Below, piece by piece: positions 24,788 through 37,362 of a stretch of 64,000 nt of DNA (the stretch's first letter is position 1; the number at the start of each line of letters is the position of its first letter). The notes under the pieces were generated by a model. It did not search any database and had not been told where the DNA came from. It saw only the letters and a program-made list of their open reading frames with translations. Both the position numbers and the translations under genes were made by a program. Source of the DNA: Yuukianura sp. NJ FZ-2021 (Eukaryota); the NCBI GenBank assembly GCA_046563655.1, contig CM102287.1, positions 5,270,001-5,334,000 on the forward strand, given 5' to 3'.

Positions 24788-26293
24788 TTAAGTAAGTACC
24801 TCTTCTCCACATGTGGCGTCACCTTTGACCTCAAAACCCTCTTCACACAAACATCTTCCAGCCACTTTCTTGTTCATCTGCACACATTTGGATCCGTGTC
24901 CGCAGCTTTCGGGATTTTTCGCCAAATCACATCGAGATCCAAGCACTCCCACGCATGCGCGTCGATGAGAGTCGTAAGTCATCAAAGTATCAGGACAAGA
25001 ACAGAGTCCGTTTCGACAGACAAGTCCAGCTACAGGGTCACACAATGTGGTACTACCGTAGGTGCATGGGGAATTCCATGCTATAGAAACACACTTGCCA
25101 GCTTCATTTTCAACCAGTCCGTCTTTGCATACGCATTGCATTTGACCAGTCTCCGAGACATACTTGCACTCCAAATTCGTGAAACAGTCTGAAGTGTTAA
25201 AGCAAAATGAAGAAGAAAGTCCTAAACATTTTATCGGATTTCCAATCGCAGTTTGATGTTGAAGTTGTGGACAATTACAGATTCCGTTAGTACAACGGAA
25301 TTCGTCGGCGCAGGGCTTCGATACAGTACATGGCTTTCCATGGCCAATGCCGCAAAAGCCTTCTGAAGTCACAGAATAGCCAGAGTTGCATACGCAGGAA
25401 CTGTTAGTAGAACAAACTGCGTTTTCAACGCACTCCCGAAAGGTGTTACAAGGTTGACCAGCCTTTCCAACACAACGAGTCACCGTAAGTCTTTTAGAAG
25501 GAATGAACAGTGCTCTCAGCACAAGTTTGTCTGGGTCGCATGCGCATTTTCCCTGAACACAGGTCGCGCACTCTGATGGATGCTGACACTCATCATCCAT
25601 GGTACAGCTCTCACCAAAGTTTTTCCTTCCGTAGCAAAAACCGTCCGCTCCGGCGTAGTTTTTTTCGGGAGTTTGGCAACTACAGATGCCATTTTGAAGG
25701 GACGTTAGTAATACGCATGTCGTATTTCCTTTAAGAACTTTCCCTGCTTTGCCAACGCATTTGTACGGAGATGAGTTGTCACTGCTATAATACGTATGAT
25801 CCAACACTGGGTCACAGGCACATTTCCCTTTGACACAGGCTAAGCCTTTGGACGCCTTGCATTCTGCAGTGGACTTGCATGACACGCTGAAATCGTTTTG
25901 TTCTTGGCAGTATCCGTCCTGTGTTTCGTAATACGCTTCCTTGCAAGAACAGGTGAGTCCATGGACATCGCAGACGGCATTTGGAACACAATCCATCGTT
26001 TCATATAGCACCACTTCGAATAAGTCTGTGGTATTCGACGACGACGCAACTTGAAATTTGCACCGTTCACCAGATTTTGCGACACACTTCCCCTGGCCCT
26101 TTTCATAAATCATATCCTCCATGAAACACGAACAAGCAGAAGATTTACAAACTAACCAAGCAGTTTTGTTACATTTTACCGTTCCATTGCAGTATTCTCC
26201 AAATGAGCTTCTTGTGCTTTGCGGTTTTGACAAAACTATAATCATGGCACAAATTAAAATAAAAATGGAAGTCCGAACGAAGTGACCTCCCAT
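24788..26293 (-). CDS. Secreted Cys-rich protein with repeated EB/EGF-like modules
   Basis: Single-exon ORF from ATG 26293 with a signal peptide and many C-x(n)-C-x4-C-x-C modules (GLACVKGKCAC, GLVCRNGLCSC). Confidence 0.88.
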   Translation of the reverse strand: MGGHFVRTSIFILICAMIIVLSKPQSTRSSFGEYCNGTVKCNKTAWLVCKSSACSCFMEDMIYEKGQGKCVAKSGERCKFQVASSSNTTDLFEVVLYETMDCVPNAVCDVHGLTCSCKEAYYETQDGYCQEQNDFSVSCKSTAECKASKGLACVKGKCACDPVLDHTYYSSDNSSPYKCVGKAGKVLKGNTTCVLLTSLQNGICSCQTPEKNYAGADGFCYGRKNFGESCTMDDECQHPSECATCVQGKCACDPDKLVLRALFIPSKRLTVTRCVGKAGQPCNTFRECVENAVCSTNSSCVCNSGYSVTSEGFCGIGHGKPCTVSKPCADEFRCTNGICNCPQLQHQTAIGNPIKCLGLSSSFCFNTSDCFTNLECKYVSETGQMQCVCKDGLVENEAGKCVSIAWNSPCTYGSTTLCDPVAGLVCRNGLCSCPDTLMTYDSHRRACVGVLGSRCDLAKNPESCGHGSKCVQMNKKVAGRCLCEEGFEVKGDATCGEEVLT

Positions 26294-27538
26294 CCTGATT
26301 TTTGTTTTCTTAAGATTTGCTTTTTGAAACAATTTTTCAGCAGATTTCAGTTGAAACCTTTGTTGAAACTGCAATGCTGCGTTCTTTTGCAAATTTGCAA
26401 CACTTATAACGTTTGGGTGATTTGCATAAAGTCGTATTCCAAGTTGACTCTTACTATCTACTTAATTCCACTTGAACTGAGAGATTTTTGCAAAAAGAAT
26501 TCAATCGAATTCGGGAATAACATGTCTATCTTCAAGTGTTTCTTGGAAACTTAAAATGAAAGTGATTTTTTTTGGAACTGCGCAACCATTTCTTGCAAAC
26601 AGAAGTTTTGGATTTAGAACCTGAGATAATTTGAGTGAAGAGTTCTTTTCGTTTTCGATTCCACTGTTTCGCAACATGAATATTTCAATTTCCTCGGATG
26701 TTAGAAAACAATCCAAACTAATTAGTAATTAAAATAATTAAATAATTAATTAATAATTAAGAATTTAATCATTAAAATTAATTATTATTAATTTTTTTAA
26801 GTGAACTGACAACCAGCCGGCTCCATGTTGTCTACAAACGAAAGGGGGCTTTTATGTATAAGAATTTTTCGGTGTTTTTGAAAAGTACGGATTGATTTAA
26901 AATTCTAAAAGTCTTACGACTTATTTATTTACATAAAAGCTCTCAACGAAAACAATGCAACGTAATGAGTACTTAAATAAATTTAATGCTGGACAAACAC
27001 TGTAAAAAATGTCTTAACCTTGTTTAGGGGGTGGGGATAGTCACATAATATCATCATAAGTCGTGGGGGTGCCAATTTGGTTAAATTTTTCGGTCACAAG
27101 TTGTAACTTACAATCCCATTACCTTAAGTATATTGGAATGTAACCGCAAATTTTTTATTTTACGACAAGGGTGCTTTTGAGTTTTTCAAAAATTGTTTAG
27201 AATTTTGGCCAATTTTCGGCCCTTGTGGGAACCATTTTTCAGAAACCTTGGACATAATTTGTACTATTTTGCAGGTTTTCTTTTCCGAAACCTAACCTAA
27301 AGAGTTGAAATGATACACAGTTATTTCTTCATTCCAGGAGGATCGATGCCAAAACACACGTTTACGGATCTTGATCTTTCACTGTAATTTGAGAAGCAGT
27401 ATTCCATTTTGATGAACCATCTAATTTTTTGTCTTTTGTATTTCCGGATTTACTATAAGTATAAAACTTTCAAAAAAAATTTTTTGCAGAACATTTTGAA
27501 CTAACGACCATAAAAATCAAATATTGTTACCAGAGAAC

Positions 27539-28808
27539 ATGTTGACCAAGTTGCAAGTAGACGTGATACACTTCTTCCTACGAATATTTTCAAAATTGAA
27601 ACTGGATCCATTTGAATACAATGAAAAAGAGCGCACACTTCAAACAACTGACAAACTCTGGAGGAGGTCAAAGGTTGTGGCCTTCATAAAATTTTCTTTA
27701 GCAGCCATACACTACTTCATTGTTATTCGTGAAGTCCTACTGCCTACAACCTCCGTCTTCAAAAAAATTCTTGGCCCTTTTGTTGCTTGTGTTGATACGC
27801 TCGGACTCTTCTTTTGCAGAACGAACATAATTTTTCATCCACATGAACTCGCCAGCACAATCAACTGCGTATTGCACATGGATAAATCCCTTGGTAAGTG
27901 TTTCTAGAAACAATTGGCCGAAGCATTTAAAAATTCTAAAGTTCGAAAAGGAAAAAAGAGCAAAAATTAAATGAAAAAATTGTGAAATTACAGGAACGCC
28001 CGAACGCAGAAATACAAAAGTGCAAGAAACCTTGTTCTTTGTATCAATTGCCATTGGACTTATTGGCGTCCCTTGGATTATGTTGCTTCAATTGTACGTT
28101 ATTACGAACACACTAATTTCGACGCCTATTGTCGCCATTGCGTACTGCTTCATGGCTCCCATCATCGTAATCACAAATGGGCATGACCTTCAACTCAATT
28201 TTTATGCATCCATGTCACTGTTCGAGGTTCCGTTTTGGCTAAAACTGGCCCTGTGAATTGAACAGCTTTTATAATATTATTATAATTATAATAATAATGG
28301 TCATAATAATAACAATAATTTATTATTAATTAGTGTAACTCCACGACATGGGAAATGGGAACATCCTTCGATTGGAATTTACCGCATGATGAGCGTTTTG
28401 ACGCAACTTATTAACATGTCAATCGGTTGCAGTTGTGGGCCATTCAAGCTGATAAGTTTGCTGAACGTTGTGATTCTAGTTTACACTGCGATTAGGTTCA
28501 CAAAGTACTTGGGCTTCTGGCTCTGGGCAATCTACACATTAGATGCAGTGTGTATGCTCATAGTTATTCCTGTCGCATCCATTGCCGTATCCAAAATATT
28601 TGACATGTCGCAACTTTTTCGGGAGAACATGAAAAATGGACTCATAGAACTGAGTTCCGCTGAACGAGCGATTCTACGCAGACGCATGAAGGCACTGCTC
28701 CCATTGCGCTTTAAGATTGGACATTTCTACTACATGGAGAAAACGGCCAAACTACGAATTGCCGACTTCCTTGTGAATGGAATTACATTCTTGTTAATTA
28801 ACTATTAA
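27539..28808 (+). CDS. Gustatory/odorant-receptor-superfamily-like multi-pass membrane protein
   Basis: Exons approx 27539-27893, 27993-28252, 28334-28808 splice in frame (about 360 aa). Multiple TMs and a TM7-like C-terminus PLRFKIGHFYYMEKTAKLRIADFLVNGITFLLINY. Confidence 0.7.
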
Positions 28809-29009
28809 TTTTATGATGATAATTTTTATTGCCTGAGCGCAATAAGCACAGATCCAAGCATTGTTTTAAACCACAAAAAATTTGTTGTATAGCGTCACAA
28901 ATTTTCGGAAATCCTAATAAAACAAAACTCACTATCATAAAAAACATATATTTAAACCACATAAGAACAGACTCCCACCTAACCCTAATTTTTTATTAAA
29001 AAGACAGTT

Positions 29010-30929
29010 TTAAAGACATTTTGCATATCCTAATTCCGATTCCAGTCCAAAAACGAATGAAGAAGAAGGTGCCGCTTTAGCTGAATTTTTCGTGGAGAAA
29101 ACAGTTCCGGCCATGATCGGTCCGAGATCTTTGTCCAGAAGTGTCCAAGTGAAGGATCGGCTGAAGGTAATCAGCTTTTCAGAACCGCTCGAAGCCGTGA
29201 GCGGTTGAGCTGAGCCGGTAGCGGCGGGAGCGTTGGAATCGGTACATGGTGCTGCTGGCGACTTTGAGCTGGTGGTTGGAGCAGCCTTGAATTTCTTGAC
29301 ATCATTTATTTGGGCTCCTAAGAATTGGAATTCAATTTCATGAACTTTCGCATTTTTCAATTCGAAATTTTCATTCTGTAAAGAAACTCACCAGTGATGG
29401 AAATAGCTTCAAATTTTTGTTGGTCCAGCGAAACCTGGATAACATGGTCCAGGAGTTGGAAGAAGTTGTCTTGTTTATCAAAATTGCACTGATTCGTCAG
29501 TCCCTGCCAATTGACATCAACCAAAAAATCAACAATTTCTTCTGGAAAACATCTTGCAAGAATTTCAAACTTACCGATTCGTAGTTCCGAATGCTTGATT
29601 TGAAAACTGGAATTTGAACACGAACTGAAGCGTAGTTGGCAAGTTTCGGTTGTGCTAAGTTGTCACTAAAAATTGTGGCGATGTTGTTTGGTAGCACAAG
29701 GGAAATGGCTCTCTGTTTGTTCTAAAATTTAAACAAAAACCGTTTGTGTTTAGAATATCTTTTTAAAACAGTTGTGTTGTGTTAAAACAGTTAAACACCA
29801 TAATTTAAAGTTAACTCCTGAAAAATCCTAACCTGAAATGGCACAATAACTTCTACGGCGTTGTCACTCTCCATGACCTGGAATGGTCCCTTGAGTTCAA
29901 TCATGTCCACGGTGTCGACACCGTTGAATTTTGGTGGACTCGTGACCTTTGTGACCTCCGAATCCCAAGTCTCAGAAATATGAAGAGCGTCGACCAATAC
30001 GGCTTTGGCTGCTGGAGAAATTGACGCTTCTGCAAAAAATAAGTCAAAAATTATAATTCCTGCATTGTTGCTCAAAATACAAAAATACTCAAATTATTCG
30101 ATTTTCCAGATTTTTTTTAAACTTCCAAATTTTACCTTTTGGAATGTAGTCTTGGTCCAGAGGTTGGCCAACAAACTTGCTGACGTAGGTGTTAATTGTG
30201 TCCTTGACGGTAGTTTGAGTGAGGTCAGCAGCCTTGACCTCAGTTTTCAGTTTAGTCAGAGCTGGAGTTATGCTGATTGAGTCGGACGTGAAAATTCCAC
30301 TGGTGAAAGTAGTGTCTGAATTCTACAAAAAGTTTTATACATGAAAAGGAAAGTTCAAAATTCTTTAAAAAATGAATTTTAGAAAAACTTACTTGTAGAA
30401 GTTTCTTAAAAATGAATTCAAATGAGTCTGGAAGTGTGTCCGGTGTAGCAGCCAAAACTTGCTGAAAAACTGGAACTCCAACTTTCCAAACATTTTGTTT
30501 CAAAATGGCCAAGATTTGTCCAAGTCCAAACGCCGAAGTTGCCTGGATTCCCTCTGGAGCAGGGCATGGACCTCCGCCTGAACTGTGACCTTGTGACCCC
30601 GACTGCATGGCAATGTCATTGTCCTGTAGATATGTTCATAATTTTTCAAAAATGTCAAAATATTTAAAAAAAAAAAACACAAAATATTTGAATGAGAATG
30701 TCGAAAATAATGTTAAAATTTCGAAATTCCGATACACAGACTCATTTTGATAGTAAAATTGAACATTGCAACATACAACAAGGGCTTTTCCGATTCCGGA
30801 TGTAAAGTTGCCGTAGCCATTCAATAGGGCCTGCTCAGCCGGTGAAAATGCTGGCCCTTGACCTTGCGGCGGAATCACATTACCGCTAACCACGAAGGTC
30901 AACAGTGTCAAAATGAAGAGTTTGGCCAT
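29010..30929 (-). CDS. Multi-exon secreted protein of unknown function
   Basis: Signal peptide MAKLFILTLLTFVVSG, TATA-like TATAAATA upstream, and a series of coding-like blocks separated by short AT-rich GT-AG introns. No family recognised. Confidence 0.65.
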
Positions 30930-32269
30930 TTCGAACTAGCTGACTTTGAGCTGAAGTTGGAGGGAGTAACTATCTGAAACCTATTTATACAGTTCCGTGT
31001 TACCTAACTTTTCAAGGTGGAGGTGACTGTCTTAACTGCTTAGTCGAGTGAGGTCACCTCACTTAGAATGTTCTTTCTAATGACATTTGAAGGCTAATTT
31101 AGTCCAATTTGACTCAACTAAATCACTTTACTTTTCCTAGAACTAAGACTCACTTTTGGTCACTTTTGTCAGGTACGAAAACCATAATTAGACAACTCAA
31201 ACGCCATAAAGTCCAGACCACAAAAATCTGCTATTTGTGACTGGGTTTTCCAAAAATTTATAGAATTTGAGGAAAATTTTGATATTGAGAACGTTGCCCT
31301 TTCGTGGAATCCAAAAACGTCATTTGGCTGACGATTTCTAGGGAATTATAGGTTTTTGAAATCCACAACAATGGAAAGGGAACGTATCTGACCACTGTTA
31401 GAACAATAGAACTGTTGTAAGCTTCAACAATAGAAATCGGACGTCATAAACTTCCGTTCGGTTGAAGCTACAACTAAACTTAACCCTAACCTTGGTCCTA
31501 ATTAACCTAACATAACATACGCTAAAGTTTACGCCAATGAGAAGTTTTGCAATAACTACTGACATTCGATGTAAGCTTGTAGTTCTTCCATTTTCATCTA
31601 CTTCATTTGATTTTTACTGTTAATCGTTAATTATTAATTGTAAGAAAAGAAAAACTTTGAAGAATTTTATAAGAGAAAGTGCAGTCCAGAATAGATTTAT
31701 GCGAATAATTTACAAATTTTAAAAGTGCAAAGTCAAAATCAAAAGCCGGCTTTTGCTCGAAAATCCAAGTTTTACTCAAGGTCACTTTTAATTTGGTTAG
31801 GTTACGCTCTTCCATGTTGAGAACGTTAATCACTCGCTGAGTTCACTTTCAGTAATTTTCAAAATTTTGGAACTTGGCACACGTTGTCCCATCGGCGCAT
31901 GTCAAAGGTCAACATTCCTTCTTTGGAATGTCAATTGACAAAATTGTGTCCCACCATTGCATCACGTCTATTAGAACTAAAGTCACATCATTATTATTCA
32001 TAATTCAAGTGTCAATTGGACGCTGGATTACAAGTTGTTACAAGTTTTTGATTATAGATTATGCTGGGGACTCTAAAAAATGATTAAAAGGAATTACTAC
32101 TCAAAAATTTCAAATCCACTTCAACTAATCCACACTTAAAAATCGATAAGTGTGATTAAATAAGGAATAACTTTGATATTAATTGCTAATTTGTCATTTT
32201 TTACCTTTCATACAAGGTTGTATCGAAACTCCTAAAGTTAGTGTTTGCAAAACTTTTGAATTTTAAGTC

Positions 32270-33260
32270 ATGGATTCCCTGACTTTGGAACAAATTGATT
32301 CGTTTTTAGTAAGAAAATTGGGAATTGAAAATTGGCAAATTCTGAAACGGGATAATCCACTTGACCTGGTTAAAACCATAAACTACAAGTACATCACTCA
32401 TCCTGACTATGCGTTTCAAGTAAGCAATTACAATTTGCACTACGTGTTTCGAAAAAAATAGAAGTTTATAGAAGTTTTTTTTCTTTTTGAAATTTTAGAA
32501 CTTGGGTTTTGCTTCCGTTGATCCAGAACTGAGAAAACCGCCTACCAGAGAGTCGTCAATTACCCAATGCATTTCGACATTGAGCGGAATGTGCATCGAG
32601 CACAACTACTTTCTGGCGGTACTTTTCAAAAGCATGGGTTTCGATTCGTTCCTTGTCGGTTCGACCGTTTCGCTCCTTCCGATCCCCCTCAACCATCCGT
32701 TGTGTGTCGTAAGACTCGACGGCGGTCTCTGGTTGGTTGACATGGGCATGGGATCTGTCTTCCATCAACCAATCCCATTACACCAGTTGCCGGTTCGGTT
32801 CGATGTTGGCGGTTTCGTTTGCGAATACCGTCAAGTCGGAGAAGTGTTTCAACGAGTTCATTTGACCGGAGATCCGGTAAAAGGTACATTCCACTCCGTT
32901 CCGGAAGAAGTCCGGTATCATTTTACCCTGGAGCCAATGAAATTCGAAGATTTTGACCCAGCTATGACCATAATCTGGACGGACGACGAAACATCATATT
33001 TTCTAAACACGCTGTACTCGTTCCGGTACTTACGTTTGGATATGGATTCAGAATTCAATGTGAAAAAATTCAAAGCCGTGATTTTCAATGGAACCACTTT
33101 CATCCAGTTTTCGGAAAAAAAGTTTCAAAAAACCGAGTTCGCTTCGTATGGTGAAATGGAGTCAACTTATTTCAAGTATTTTCCACAAATTCCCTTGGAG
33201 CAGTACAAACTAGCTGTCAACTGCTTTAAAATTAACACTGAAAACAGAAAAAAAATGTAG
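32270..33260 (+). CDS. Arylamine N-acetyltransferase (Cys-His-Asp triad family)
   Basis: Exons 32270-32419 and 32499-33260. AFQ|NL corresponds to PFENL, and SGMC, NH and LVDMGMG supply the triad residues. Confidence 0.88.
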
Positions 33261-33933
33261 TTCAGTGTATTAGAACCGTAAAATTTCAAAAAAAAAATCA
33301 ATAAATAAGTAAAAGATAAATTCAAAAATTTAAGTTTAATGTTTAAACAAAATGTCGGAAATGAGAGTTTGACGAGCTTACAGCGTTCACAAGATCAAAT
33401 CTAAAAATTTCATGTCGCGAAAGTATTACCTTAATTTTTTTACGAAAACTTCAATCGGGGTTAAATTTTGATTTTTTTTTGAGAATGAAAACAGTTTTTC
33501 AATAGTGTTACATTTTGGATTCCAATGTGGGGTTTTGCATCTTTAGAAATTCGCAACCTGGCAAACAGCTTTGCTTGTACTGTTGACCTATGCGTTTTGT
33601 TGTCAAGTGCTAAGAGAAGATTCAAAAATTACGAAAACAGTTTTTGGCTTGGAAAATTCTGTCACGCAGGCTTTGGTGTGATGCCAAATTGGTCAATTTC
33701 TAAAAATACAAAAACGGGGAGGTGAAGATGTTCTGAACAAGATCACTTACACGTTTTAGTGCTCTACTGCTCTTCATCCATCACTTCCCAATTGACTTGT
33801 TTTGTTGTTTACAAAAAGTGTAAATCAACTAGAGGAGTGGGGCCTGAAGACCTAAATCTACTTTTGAATCGCTGTTTTAAATGGAACAGACGATGCTTAA
33901 GTGAATTCAGTCGCTGCGTGGAAGCTGATAAGA

Positions 33934-36879
33934 ATGGATCGCTTCAAGATGGCTGGACTTCCGACGCTGACGCTTCTCGTTGCGCTACTCGTCTGCGTAG
34001 AAGCTAAACGCCTCCCTTGGTGGCAAATGAAAGTCACGCAAAGTCAAGGGTAAGTACAGAATTTTGTTTGAAACCAAAGAAAATCTTGTTTACCTAACTA
34101 GGAAATCGTGTCTAACCTAATTTGTTTTAAAATAATCACAGTTTTGAGCTTTAAAATTCTTTAAACAGCCCCAATGCTTGTATCGTCGAAGAAGTTCCAG
34201 AATTGAATCGGAAATATTGGACAGAGTGCAAGTACTGGCCCGTCAGGAAAGTTTGTGGCAAGGAAGCGTTAGTGCAGAAATAACATTTTGAAATTTCGAA
34301 AGTTTTTTTTAAAAATGATTTGACCTATGACATTTCACTTCTTCTTTTGTAACAGCATCATTCGATACGAGTGTTGCGAAGGATTTAAACAAATTAATGG
34401 AGAGGACGGATGCACCGGGGGTAAATCTGAAAAAAAATTTGTTTACTGTTTCAAAAAAAAATTTTTTTTAATTTTAGTGAAAGCGTTGAAGGACGTTTTG
34501 GAAACTGCACGGGAGTTGGGCGCTAGGCGATTCGTAGAGTACTTGGAATCAAGCGGCCTTGCCAACGTGTTAAGGGGTAGTGGGCCCTTTACACTCTTCG
34601 CTCCACTGGATTCAGCATTTGACACTCACGCAGGCGCAACTCTTGCGTCAAAAATTACTCGGTCACTTTATGACCCCATTTTGAGCTACCACGTTAGCAA
34701 TGAAAAGGTCACGTCAGGTCAATTCACAGCCAACAGTTACATCACCTCAAGAAACGGAGCACAAAAGCTACGAATTTCCAAGTACTCCACCGGCGTAAGA
34801 AATTTTTGAAAACCTAAGTACTAACGCAGTATCTCCTAAAAAGTTTTGAAAAAAATTGTCATCAATAAAATTTTACTTGAAATTCAGATGGAGACAGTGG
34901 ACTGTGTCTTGATTTCTAGAAAAGATCAAGAAGCTACTAACGGTGAGTTCACGATACGTGTTGCGTAGGTTGTCAAATTGCTATTAATTGCAATTTGATC
35001 TTAAGTATTTTGTTTTTGAATTTGATTTTTTTTTTCACATTTCAGGCGTTGTTCACATCATTGACTCACTTTTGGATCCAAATCTATTCATTCCACGAGA
35101 TGTTGGACAAATCGTCATTCAGGTAACCCGTTCTTTAAGAAAAACGCTTTAAAATTTAGTTTTACAAAAAAAAGAGCACTTTCTTAGTTTCCAGTGTAAT
35201 TTATAGTATTCAATTTTTTACTTGCTTTTTACAAGGACGGACGATTTCGGAAGATGGCCGACGCAATTGAACGATGTGGCTTTGGAGATCGTCTGCGAGA
35301 GCGCGGCGGAACTTATACTTTTCTGGCACCATCTGACGAAGCCTTTTTAAAAATCGCGCCTCTTCGGTTGGAAAAGCTACTGAGAGACCCTGCCGCTTGT
35401 ACAGCAATGCTCGAAAATCACTTGATTCCACATGTCATGTGTGTCCCTGTCATTACGGAAGAGGTCAAGACCAGGTCAGTTGGATCCCACAAATTAAGTT
35501 TCGATTGTGACGGAGAACGCGGAGTTGCAGTCGAAGGCAATCGATTATCCGAATTTCTATTGGGCCAAAACGGGCTTGTTTATGTCATTGGCGATGTCCT
35601 CATTCCTGATCGAGGTGAGACTTGCACCTTCTGAAACAAAGGTCAAAGGTCAAATAGATATAAAATTAACATATATGCTTGTTCCAGCTAAAACTATCAT
35701 GGAAGTGATTGATGACAGACACTTGACAACTCTGAGTCGCCTTGCGAGAATTAGTGGATTGGATGAAATGCTGAATGGACGTGGAGATTTTACGTTTTTT
35801 GCACCGGGAGAGGCTGCATGGGATGCTGTGGACGTAGATCTTCTGAACGAGGCCAAAATGAACCCAGATTTGGCCAGGCGGATTCTTCTGTTCCATGGAT
35901 CGGCTGAAGGAAGAATCAAAACTCCCACAATCAAAAACAATCAAGTTGGTTTACACAACTTTCGCAATTTTTTTTTCAAAATTCTGCTTGATAATTGAAT
36001 TCTGTTTCATTTTCTGTAGATAGTGAGATCGCTTGATGACGAAAATCCTCTGCGCTTGGAAGTGTATCGAAAGGCATATGGTGTTGAAGATGCAATTATC
36101 GAAACTGCGGACATCGAATGTAGCAATGGTATGAAAAACTGTACTAAAAAGTTTACGAAGTTGCGAATTTCTGGAACTTGATTAAGCCTAACTTAAATAA
36201 AAACGTCACATAATTTTGAATTTTTAATCCACAGGAATCTTGCACATCATCTCCAGAGTTCTGTTTCCAGCAACAGAAAGTGCAGGAGATGTACTTCGAA
36301 AAAGTGGCAACTACACGTAAGAATCCAAATTTTGAAAATTTTGATGAAATCCTTGAAAAAATTGTCTAAAAAGTCTTTAAAAATTGTTTTATGAAACGAT
36401 TCAGAATATTTCTGGAAACGATGGAATCCATGCTGAGGGAAGATCCAGATGCAATTGACCTCTCCAGAAATGGCGACCGGGCTGACGGAAATCACTACAC
36501 TTTCTTCGTCCCAACAGATAACGCTTTTAGGTAAATAATTTTTCAAAATTTTAAAATGTAATTTTTCAGAATTGATTTTGTCATGTTGAAAATTGTAAAC
36601 TGCTGCTCTAGGGCTCTTGGGCAATCGCGTTTGCGCCGAATCCAGACCGATCCTTACTACAAGGCCAAGCTCCTTCGGAACCACATTTCCAACAGCATGG
36701 CTTCGTCGGAGTCGTTCAAACCAAAACTCGTTTACGACATGCCAACGAGACAAGATGCAGTTGGAATCTCCTGCGACGAACGTCGACGCATGCGCATCAA
36801 CAATGCTGAGGTTGTTGAAAAAGACATGATGGCTTCCAATGGCATCATTCATGCAATTGACCGACTTCTGGATTACTAA
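33934..36879 (+). CDS. Periostin/TGFBI-like protein: signal peptide, Cys-rich EMI-like domain, four FAS1 domains
   Basis: IRYECCEGF. FAS1 H1 motifs FTLFAP, YTFLAPSDEAF, FTFFAP, YTFFVPTDNAF and H2 motifs such as NGIIHAIDRLL. More than ten exons. Confidence 0.9.
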
Positions 36880-37362
36880 TTTTAAGATATCATGGACCAA
36901 ACATCTTTAGCCAAATGTGGAAAGTAGTCTCAAATATTTACTGCCATTTCAACTGCCACGTTACTAAATAGTTCACTGAAATAAATTTCCACCAATGACA
37001 AAGTACTCACGCAAAAATCAAGCTGACACTTTTTGTTGCGCATGATTTGGACATTTTTAATCAAGAGAGAAGAGAGAGATCATTTTGTGTAGTTAGGATT
37101 TTGTGTTCCCTTCATATATGGATTCTGAGTGATGAAGATTAGCTTAAGTTAAGATTACTCAAGGTCATGACCCTTGGATGTCTAGCCCAATCCTGTGATA
37201 CACAAAGGTCAAAATACAATTCGTGAGAAGTCATTTCTGAATCATAAACTCACACTTCTTTCATATTTCGAATCATCGAATCACCACATTTTTGTTTCAA
37301 CGGACTTTCGAAAACAATATTCGGGATTTTGAATTTCGAATTTTTGTTTTGAAGTTCACACC

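Noticed and set aside
28268..28332. (AAT)n-like tract
   Set aside because: Ordinary intronic low-complexity sequence.
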